Below, one piece after another: positions 55,723-64,000 of a stretch of 64,000 bases of DNA (position 1 is the stretch's first letter; each line of letters opens with the position of its first letter). The position numbers were made by a program, and so were the translations under genes. Source of the DNA: Vicinamibacteria bacterium (GTDB taxonomy: Bacteria > Acidobacteriota > Vicinamibacteria > Fen-336); contig DATKME010000065.1 in NCBI GenBank assembly GCA_035542035.1, positions 11,525 to 75,524 on the forward strand, given 5' to 3'. Under the pieces are notes generated by a model that saw only the letters and a program-made list of their open reading frames with translations, searched no databases and was not told the DNA's origin.

Positions 55723-56940
55723 GTGTTCGCGGTGGCCAGCGCCGGACGCGTCGAGGCCCAACCGGCGCGCCCCGTGCCCGTCGCGCCCGCAGCCGAGCCG
55801 GTGCCGATCCCGACGGCGGCCCGCCCCAGGCGTCCCGGCCGGCCCGTCGTCGGCTGGCGGCGCTGCGCGAACCACCGCGCCACCCCCTCGGAGGGGGTGT
55901 GCACGCAGTGCGGCAAGGGCTTCTGCGGCGAGTGCGTGAAGAGGCAGGGCACGGCCGCCATCTGCCCGAACTGCGACGCGCTGTGCGTGAGCGCCGCCGA
56001 GCAGGAGCAGCAGGAGGAGCGGGCGCGGATGCGGGCGCGGCCGCTGACGGCCGAGCTGGGGACCGTGTTCGCGTATCCGCTCACCGACAAGCTGGCGTAC
56101 GTCATCCTCGCCGTCTTCGTCGGCGTCTTCGCCCTGGCGGCCTCGATGGCCATGTTCGGCAGCGGCTTCGGGTTCTTCGTCTCGAGGGGGCTGCTCTACG
56201 CCTACGCCTTCTCCGCCATCAACCGGGTCTCGGCCGGCAACCTCAAGGGCTTCATGCCGGACCTCAGCGACTGGACGGACCTCGTGCCGCCCGTGCGCGC
56301 GGGCCTGGCGGCGATGATCATCAGTGCCGGCCCGCTGATCGCGCTGAGCTTCGCCTACACCTGGCAGCAGGTGGCCTCCCACGTGATGGGTCCCCGCAGC
56401 GCGAGCTTCCTCCCGGCGCAGCCGACCCCCTCGCCCTCGCCGACGCTCCCGCCGCAGCTGGCGGCGATGCTGCAGCAGGACTCGACGCCGGCCTCCGAAC
56501 CGGGCGAGGGGGAGGGCGAGCCGGGCGACACCGCCGCGGCGAAGGCCGAGCGGGAGAGGATGGAACAGGGGATGGCGAAGCTGGCCCGGCCGGCTGTTCC
56601 CGCCTGGGCGGTGATCGCGTTCCTGCTGGCGTTCGCCTGGCAGCTCGCCTACGCCCCCATCGCCCTGGTGGCGGCGGCGATCTCGCGGGGCTTCCTGGCC
56701 ACCCTGAACCCGCTCGTCGGCCTCGACGCCATTCGCAGGATGGGCGGCGTGTACTGGACCGCGATGGCGGTCTACACCGGCATCGTGCTGGTGGCGGGGC
56801 TGCTCGGCCTCGTCCTGTCGCTCATCCCGATCGGCGGTCGCCTGCTGACGGCCTTCGTCGACTCCTACGCCTACCTGGCGATCGGCTGTCTGCTCGGTTT
56901 CGCCGTCTTCAAGAAGGCGCCCGAGCTCGACCTGGACTGA
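55723..56940 (+). CDS. Zinc-finger (B-box-like CHC3-type Cys cluster) polytopic membrane protein; canonical-start model
   Basis: ORF 55723..56940 starts at GTG. It reads RCANHRATPSEGVCTQCGKGFCGECV...CPNCDALC, followed by at least 6 hydrophobic helices split by a Pro/Glu-rich loop. The frame is open from 55603 and encodes a further CPGC...CAGC zinc ribbon upstream of any ATG/GTG/TTG (see findings). Confidence 0.65.
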   Translation: MFAVASAGRVEAQPARPVPVAPAAEPVPIPTAARPRRPGRPVVGWRRCANHRATPSEGVCTQCGKGFCGECVKRQGTAAICPNCDALCVSAAEQEQQEERARMRARPLTAELGTVFAYPLTDKLAYVILAVFVGVFALAASMAMFGSGFGFFVSRGLLYAYAFSAINRVSAGNLKGFMPDLSDWTDLVPPVRAGLAAMIISAGPLIALSFAYTWQQVASHVMGPRSASFLPAQPTPSPSPTLPPQLAAMLQQDSTPASEPGEGEGEPGDTAAAKAERERMEQGMAKLARPAVPAWAVIAFLLAFAWQLAYAPIALVAAAISRGFLATLNPLVGLDAIRRMGGVYWTAMAVYTGIVLVAGLLGLVLSLIPIGGRLLTAFVDSYAYLAIGCLLGFAVFKKAPELDLD

Positions 56941-56961
56941 ACCCTGTTGCGGAGGTTGCCC

Positions 56962-58077
56962 ATGGCGAAGACCAGCCGTTCCGCGATCCGCCGCGTCGGC
57001 ATCAGCACGGGCGGCGGCGACGCCCCCGGCCTCAACGCCGTCATCCGGGCGGTGGTGCTGTGCGCGCACCGCCGAGGCTGGGAGACCGTCGGCATCCGCG
57101 ACGGCTACAACGGCGTGCTGCTGCCCGACCAGTACCGCGACGGCGGCCTCCTCCCGCTCACGCCGGAGAGGGTCCGCGGCATCACCCACCTGGGCGGGAC
57201 CATCATCGGCACCACCAACTCCGGCAACCCGCTGCGCTTCCCGGTCGAGAAGAACGGCCGGGTGGTCGAGGTGGACCGCACCGGGGACCTGGTCCGCGGC
57301 CTGGCCGCGAACGCCATCGACGCGGTGGTGGCGGTGGGCGGCGACGGCTCGCTGTCGATCGCCCACGCCCTGGCGGAGAAGGGCGTCCGCATCGTCGGCG
57401 TGCCCAAGACCATCGACAACGACCTCAGCCGCACGGTCATCACCTTCGGCTTCGACACCGCGGTGTCCTTCGCCACCGAGTGCGTCGACCGCCTGCACTC
57501 CACGGCCGCCGCCCACCGGCGGGTGATGGTGGTGGAGGTGATGGGCCGCTACGCCGGCTGGATCGCCATGAACACCGGCATCTCGGGGACCGCCGACGTG
57601 ATCCTGGTGCCCGAGATCCCCTACGACCTCGACCGTGTCGCCGAGAAGGTCCAGGAGCGGTTCTCGGGGGGGCAGAACTTCGCCATCGTGGTGGTGGCCG
57701 AGGGCGCCCGGCCGAAGGGCGCCGGCTACTCGGTGCTGGAGAAGGCGAAGGGCCGCTCCGACCGCCTGGGCGGCGCCGGCGAGAAGGTCGCCCAGGAGAT
57801 CCAGAAGCGGACCGGGCGCGAGACGCGCCACGTCGTCCTCGGCCACCTGCTGCGCGGCGGCACCCCCACCACCTTCGACCGGCTCCTCTCGCTGCGCTTC
57901 GGCGCCGCCGCCGTGCGCGCGCTGGCCGCCGGCAGGACGGGCGTGATGGTGGCCCTCGACCCGCCCCGAGTCCGCTACGTGCCGCTGGCCGAGGCCACCC
58001 AGCGCATGAAGTGCGTGCCGCTCGACTGCGACTCCATGCTGACCGCCCGCGAGCTGGGGATCTGCCTGGGCGACTGA
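56962..58077 (+). CDS. pfkA: ATP-dependent 6-phosphofructokinase
   Basis: ATG 56962 lies 6 nt after GGAGG. Motifs GISTGGGDAPGLNAVIR, GGDGS (the ATP-type rather than PPi-type motif), PKTIDND and MGRYAGW. Confidence 0.9.
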   Translation: MAKTSRSAIRRVGISTGGGDAPGLNAVIRAVVLCAHRRGWETVGIRDGYNGVLLPDQYRDGGLLPLTPERVRGITHLGGTIIGTTNSGNPLRFPVEKNGRVVEVDRTGDLVRGLAANAIDAVVAVGGDGSLSIAHALAEKGVRIVGVPKTIDNDLSRTVITFGFDTAVSFATECVDRLHSTAAAHRRVMVVEVMGRYAGWIAMNTGISGTADVILVPEIPYDLDRVAEKVQERFSGGQNFAIVVVAEGARPKGAGYSVLEKAKGRSDRLGGAGEKVAQEIQKRTGRETRHVVLGHLLRGGTPTTFDRLLSLRFGAAAVRALAAGRTGVMVALDPPRVRYVPLAEATQRMKCVPLDCDSMLTARELGICLGD

Positions 58078-58118
58078 GGACCCCCGCGCTGGTCGATCTC
58101 TTGCGGAGAGAGCTCCTC

Positions 58119-59636
58119 ATGTCCCTTGCTGACCGCCTGCATCGCCTCCGGCGCCGCGCGCAGTGCCTGTGTCGGTCTCGGCGGACCGGGGTCGTCTTCG
58201 TGGCCGCCGCGTTCGTTCTCTCTCGCGCCATCTACATCGGCTGCTTGGGCGTGCGTTTCCACGCGAAGACCCTCGATACCTACCTCCAGTTCATCGATCC
58301 CCTGTTGCTCCGCACGGACCTTCTGCGAAGCCTGTTCTATCTGCGCGATCAGCCTCCGGCCATGAACTTGTTGGTCGGAATCGTTCTCAAGGCGCTTCCC
58401 GACTGCTTCGCCCTCGCCTTCCACGCCGGCTTTCTCGCCATGGGACTGGCGGGCGCGGTCGCCGCCTTCCTCCTCGCCCGCCGGCTGGGCTGCGGTGGCT
58501 GGCTCGCAGCCATCGTGGCGACACTGCTCTTCGTGGACCCCGGCACGGTCTTCCACGAGCATCAGCTCTTCTACACCCACCCGGTCGCGGTGCTGCTGAT
58601 ACTCGGTGGCCTCGGCTTGCACCGACTGCTGCGCTCGGGGAGGCAACGGGACGCCTTCTTCGCCTTTGCGGCGCTGGCACTCGTCGTCCTGACTCGCGGC
58701 ACGTTCCACCTCGTCTTCTATCTGGGAGTCCTGATCGGGGCTGTGGTCGTGCGCCCGAGGTGGTGGCGGCCGATGCTTGTCGGTGCGCTGGTTCCGACGC
58801 TCTCGGTCGGTGGCCTCTATGTCAAGCAGTGGTTGCTGTACCGTGGGTTGTTCATCGGCGGACCTTACCGCGAGTTCAACCTGTACATCATGCGGGCGAA
58901 ACAGGTCGGCGACCAGCTGCAGCCGTTGCTCGCCCGAGGAGCCATCACCGGGGCGTGCGACGAACTCGGGCCGGGGACGGACTTCGACGGCATCGTTCGC
59001 CGGGAGGCCCTGGCGGTACCCGCCAGTGGGATCCCGGTGCGCGACACCACCAGGAAGTCCACGCGGGCCTCGAACTGGCACAGCGATGCCGCCACGGCGG
59101 TCGCCAGGCTGTGCGTTCACGACGCGCATGCCCTCGAGGCGGCGTTTCCGGGGGCATACCAGGCCGCCGTGGAGGCCAACGTCGCCCGCTATTTCCGCCC
59201 GATCGTCACGTCGCCGGATCCCGAGCAGGGCGACACGAGGAGGTTCCGCGGGCTCATTCGATGGGTCCGCAGGACCTTCATGTTGAGGACACACGACGGG
59301 ACCTCGTGGACCATCGTGCTCGGGGTTGTGCTCGCTGCGCTCGCGCCCGTGTGGTTTCTCGGACGATGGCTGCGGATCGTGTCCCGCGTGGGCTGGCGCG
59401 CGGCGCGGGTGCCGAGCACCGCCTGCGTCGCCGCCTTCGCCGCCGCGACGGTGCTTTCGGCCGCCCTGGTGGTGATCCTGTACTCGCCCGGAGACCACGA
59501 CCGCTACCGCGCCGAGGTGGTCATGCTCGGATACCTGGTCGCGGCCGCCACGCTCGCGGCGCTGTCACGGTTCGCACGGCTCGCTTGGCGGCGGCGCATC
59601 GGCCGCGTTGTCGCAGCCTCGGGGCCGCCGTTGTAG
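58119..59636 (+). CDS. Polytopic membrane protein, possibly GT-C-fold (ArnT/PMT-like) glycosyltransferase; function unknown
   Basis: This is the in-frame C-terminal part of ORF 55713..59636, starting at ATG 58119. It has at least 8 hydrophobic segments. [15 protein letters not shown] is reminiscent of the extracytoplasmic loop-1 motif of GT39/GT83 enzymes, which is a weak call. Confidence 0.65.
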   Translation: MSLADRLHRLRRRAQCLCRSRRTGVVFVAAAFVLSRAIYIGCLGVRFHAKTLDTYLQFIDPLLLRTDLLRSLFYLRDQPPAMNLLVGIVLKALPDCFALAFHAGFLAMGLAGAVAAFLLARRLGCGGWLAAIVATLLFVDPGTVFHEHQLFYTHPVAVLLILGGLGLHRLLRSGRQRDAFFAFAALALVVLTRGTFHLVFYLGVLIGAVVVRPRWWRPMLVGALVPTLSVGGLYVKQWLLYRGLFIGGPYREFNLYIMRAKQVGDQLQPLLARGAITGACDELGPGTDFDGIVRREALAVPASGIPVRDTTRKSTRASNWHSDAATAVARLCVHDAHALEAAFPGAYQAAVEANVARYFRPIVTSPDPEQGDTRRFRGLIRWVRRTFMLRTHDGTSWTIVLGVVLAALAPVWFLGRWLRIVSRVGWRAARVPSTACVAAFAAATVLSAALVVILYSPGDHDRYRAEVVMLGYLVAAATLAALSRFARLAWRRRIGRVVAASGPPL

Positions 59637-59650
59637 ACTCGAATCAATCC

Positions 59651-61258
<1,608 letters not shown>

Positions 61259-61264
61259 CGATGC

Positions 61265-61291
61265 ACTCATCGAGACGAAGTCTCGATGAGT
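61265..61291. other. Perfect 12-bp inverted repeat with a 3-nt loop (ACTCATCGAGAC gaa GTCTCGATGAGT)
   Basis: Seen directly in the sequence. It starts 7 nt after the liuB stop and is relatively AT-rich for this genome. It may be a terminator or stabiliser hairpin, or a dimeric operator. Confidence 0.6.
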
Positions 61292-61421
61292 CTCGCCGCT
61301 CTCGTGGAGCGGCGGAGGGGCATTCTCGCGATCGTGGACCATCGGGGCCACGTCCGGCCGGGCTTCCTTTGTTCTGGGGGGCCCCGCCCCCCAGACCCCC
61401 CGTCCCGGTCCGGACGGCAGC

Positions 61422-62732
61422 ATGACGGGACGGCCTTACCGGGTCCTCCGCCACCGGGACTTCCGGTTGCTCTGGCTGTCGCAGTTGGTGTCGCTCACCG
61501 GCTCGCAGATGCAGACGGTGGCCCTGCACTGGCACGTCTACCTGCTGACGCGCTCGCCGCTGGCTCTCGGCGCGATGGGGCTCACCCGCGTGGTCCCCAT
61601 CATCGTCTTCTCGCTCTTCGGCGGCGTCACCGCCGACCGCTACGACCGGCGCAAGGTGATGTTCCGCGCGCAGGCGGTGATGCTGCTGGGCTCGGCCGTG
61701 CTCTCGGCGCTCACCTTCGCCGGGCGGGAGAACCTGCTGCTGCTCTATGCGGCCAACGCGCTGCTGGCGGCGGCCACCGCCTTCGACAACCCGGCGCGCA
61801 ACGCGCTCGTCCCGCGGCTGGTCCCGCTGGCCGAGCTGCCGGCGGCGCTCTCTCTCAACCTCACCATGTTCCACGCCGCCTTCATCGGCGGCCCGGCGGC
61901 GGCGGGGCTGATCATCGCCGGCGTCGGCATGCCGGCGGCCGGGCTCTCCGTGCTGCAGGGGGCCTCGGCCTCCGCCGACACCGCGCGGCTCGCCTTCATC
62001 TACGCGCTGAACGCCGCCTCCTTCGTGGGCGTGCTGCTGGCGCTGCTCCTGATGCACGCCTCGGGCGCGGTGGTGGCCGGCGACCGTCCGCTCCAGCCGC
62101 CTCTGCGGGCCCTGCGCGACGGTCTGCGTTTCGTCTTTCGCACCCCGATCATGGTCTGGACCATGGGGCTCGACTTCGTGGCCACCTTCTTCGCTGGCTC
62201 GCTTTCGCTGCTGCCGATCTTCGCGGACCAGGTGCTGAGGGTGGGGCCGGCGGGCTACGGCTGGCTGGTGGCGGCGCCGGCGGTCGGCGCCCTCGCCGGC
62301 TCGATCTACGTCTCCATTCGCCAGCTTCCCGACCGCCAGGGTCGCATCCTGGTGGCCTCGGTCGCGGCCTACGGCGCGGCCACCGTCGTCTACGGGCTCT
62401 CCCGCAGCTACTGGCTGACCTTTTTGGCCCTCGCCCTCTCCGGGCTGGCCGACCTCGTCTCCACCGTGATCCGGCAGACCGTGCGGCAGATGATCACGCC
62501 CGACGCCCTGCGCGGGCGGATGACCTCGGTCAACATGATCTTCTTCATGGGCGGCCCGCAGCTCGGCGAGATGGAGGCCGGGCTCGTGGCCTCGCTGTTC
62601 GCGCAGGCGGCGCTCGGGGCCACCGTGTCCGTGGTCTCCGGCGGCCTGGCCACCGTCTTGGCCGCCGGCGTGGTGGCGGCGGCGGCGCCGGTGGTCCGCC
62701 ACTACGTGCAGCGGCACGAGGTCCCCGCCTGA
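61422..62732 (+). CDS. MFS transporter (EntS/MFS_3-like)
   Basis: YRVLRHRDFRLLWLSQLVSLTGSQMQTVALHW, GGVTADRYDRRKV and about 12 TM segments. Confidence 0.85.
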   Translation: MTGRPYRVLRHRDFRLLWLSQLVSLTGSQMQTVALHWHVYLLTRSPLALGAMGLTRVVPIIVFSLFGGVTADRYDRRKVMFRAQAVMLLGSAVLSALTFAGRENLLLLYAANALLAAATAFDNPARNALVPRLVPLAELPAALSLNLTMFHAAFIGGPAAAGLIIAGVGMPAAGLSVLQGASASADTARLAFIYALNAASFVGVLLALLLMHASGAVVAGDRPLQPPLRALRDGLRFVFRTPIMVWTMGLDFVATFFAGSLSLLPIFADQVLRVGPAGYGWLVAAPAVGALAGSIYVSIRQLPDRQGRILVASVAAYGAATVVYGLSRSYWLTFLALALSGLADLVSTVIRQTVRQMITPDALRGRMTSVNMIFFMGGPQLGEMEAGLVASLFAQAALGATVSVVSGGLATVLAAGVVAAAAPVVRHYVQRHEVPA

Positions 62733-62754
62733 CCCCCGTGCCATACTGCGGGCC

Positions 62755-63537
62755 ATGGCCGCTCCGCGGATCGACACCACCGTCGACGGCCCGGTCGCGC
62801 GCGTGTTCCTGGCGCGGCCGGAGGTGCGCAACGCCTTCGACGGCGAGACCGTCCGCGAGCTGACCGCGGCCTTCACCGCGGTCGCCGCGCGAGAGGACGT
62901 CCGCGTGGTGGTCCTGGGCGGGCACGGCAAGGTCTTCAGCGCCGGCGCCGATCTCGAGTGGATGCGGACGGTGGCCGGCTTCAGCCGCGAGCAGAACCTG
63001 GAGGACGCCCGCGCCCTCTGGGCGCTCTTCGACGCCATCGACCGCTGCCCACGGCCGGTGGTCGCCCGGGTGCAGGGCGCGGCGCTCGGAGGCGGCGCCG
63101 GGCTGGTGGCAGCGGCGGACATCGCCGTCGCCGCCGAGGATGCCCAGTTCGGGTTCAGCGAGGTCCGCCTCGGCATCGCGCCGGCGGTCATCTCGCCCTG
63201 GGTGGTGCGGCGGATCGGGCTCTCCGCCGCACGCGAGCTGTTCCTGACCGGCGAGCGTTTCCCCGCGCACAAGGCGCTCGCGATCGGCCTCGTCCGCCAC
63301 CTGGTGCCCGCCGGCGAGCTGGACGGGGCGGTGGCCGGCCGCGTGGCCGAGCTGCTGCAGGCGGCGCCGGGCGCCGTCGCCGCGGTGAAGGCCCTGCTGC
63401 GCGCCGTCGCCGGCCGCACACCCGAGGAGGTCCGCGAGACCACCGCCGAGGTGATCGCCGCGCGGCGGGCGTGCGGGGAGGGACAGGAGGGCCTGCGGGC
63501 ATTCCTGGAGAAGCGCCGGCCCGACTGGGCGCGGTAG
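62755..63537 (+). CDS. Enoyl-CoA hydratase/isomerase family protein (likely methylglutaconyl-CoA hydratase, given the liuB neighbour)
   Basis: Crotonase motifs VVVLGGHGKVFSAGADLEWM and ARVQGAALGGGAGLVAAADIAVA...F.FSEVRLGI. Confidence 0.85.
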   Translation: MAAPRIDTTVDGPVARVFLARPEVRNAFDGETVRELTAAFTAVAAREDVRVVVLGGHGKVFSAGADLEWMRTVAGFSREQNLEDARALWALFDAIDRCPRPVVARVQGAALGGGAGLVAAADIAVAAEDAQFGFSEVRLGIAPAVISPWVVRRIGLSAARELFLTGERFPAHKALAIGLVRHLVPAGELDGAVAGRVAELLQAAPGAVAAVKALLRAVAGRTPEEVRETTAEVIAARRACGEGQEGLRAFLEKRRPDWAR

Positions 63538-63621
63538 ACGGCCCCGCCGCGGCGCGTGGTACGCTGTCGTGACGACGAACTCCCAGTGCCGTCCGGCCCT
63601 GGTCTTCCCCTCGAGGTGACG

Positions 63622-63990
63622 ATGTCGCAGCCCGCGTGGTTGGCACCGCTGTTCCAGGCGATCGACGCCAAGGATGCGGACAAGTTCGCGTCCTTCCTGA
63701 CGGACGACGCCGTGTTCCGCTTCGGCAACGCCGCTCCCGCCCGCGGCAAGGCGGGGGTGCAGCAGGCAGTGGCCGGGTTCTTCACCAGCATCGCCGCGCT
63801 GCGCCACACGCTGGGGGATGCCTGGGCCCACCCCGACGCCGTCGTCCTCCACGGCGAGGTGACCTACACGCGTCACGATGGCAGCCAGCTCACGGTGCCG
63901 TTCGCGAACGTCTTCAAGATGCGGGGCTCGCTCATCCGCGAGTACCTCGTGTTCGCGGACGTTTCGGCGCTCTGGACGGCGCAGTCCTGA
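63622..63990 (+). CDS. SnoaL-like / NTF2-family protein
   Basis: ATG 63622 lies within ORF 63556..63990. The protein is about 122 aa. FQAIDAKDADKFASFLTDDAVFRFGN...G......V..FF is typical of SnoaL-like domains. Confidence 0.7.
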   Translation: MSQPAWLAPLFQAIDAKDADKFASFLTDDAVFRFGNAAPARGKAGVQQAVAGFFTSIAALRHTLGDAWAHPDAVVLHGEVTYTRHDGSQLTVPFANVFKMRGSLIREYLVFADVSALWTAQS

Positions 63991-64000
63991 GGACCGACCG

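Overview
This is a 64-kb, very GC-rich bacterial chromosomal window; hand counts of typical 60-nt lines give about 70-77 % G+C. It is almost fully coding. I support about 47 protein-coding genes, 2-3 gene remnants, several candidate promoters and a few hairpins. I recognised no rRNA, tRNA, CRISPR array, transposase, integrase or prophage gene. Four 'duplicated' MacB/FtsX-type (ADOP-like) permeases, a TIGR03436-like VWA protein and a tricorn protease suggest an Acidobacteriota-like organism, but that is inference only. Layout: (1) 216-8255 encodes a ~2680-aa secreted M4 metalloprotease fused to a 13-blade Asp-box propeller and 12 Calx-beta domains, followed by a small secreted ORF. (2) 10054-26673 is a large efflux/signalling module. 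It holds one membrane-fusion adaptor, two stand-alone ABC ATPases, four ADOP permeases, a receiver-PP2C phosphatase, a sigma-54 enhancer-binding response regulator and a histidine kinase that lacks a periplasmic sensor domain. Two divergent candidate sigma-54 promoters sit in its only sizeable intergenic region. (3) A GH53-like lipoprotein and a VWA protein lie on the minus strand. (4) Next come rpiB-glyA, an IorAB-type Mo/2Fe-2S oxidoreductase, a folE C-terminal remnant, an FAD oxidoreductase, a B12-radical-SAM enzyme, tricorn protease, a truncated PAS-GGDEF remnant, an SDR, a DinG/XPD-like helicase and a DMT transporter. (5) A long plus-strand run carries queD-queE-queC, a TPR protein, yggS-yggT-divIVA-yggU, hutI, a FliB/YkgJ-like Cys-rich protein, an ABC-2 exporter, a Zn-ribbon/B-box membrane protein, pfkA, a GT-C-like membrane protein, liuB, an MFS transporter, an enoyl-CoA hydratase and a SnoaL-like protein. 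My best candidate for an undescribed system is the sigma-54/two-component-wired ADOP efflux module with its paralogous receiver pair. The giant protease-propeller-Calx-beta protein, the zinc-ribbon ORF that lacks a canonical start codon, and the gene remnants also deserve a second look. All functional calls come from reading motifs in the supplied translations; no database search was run.
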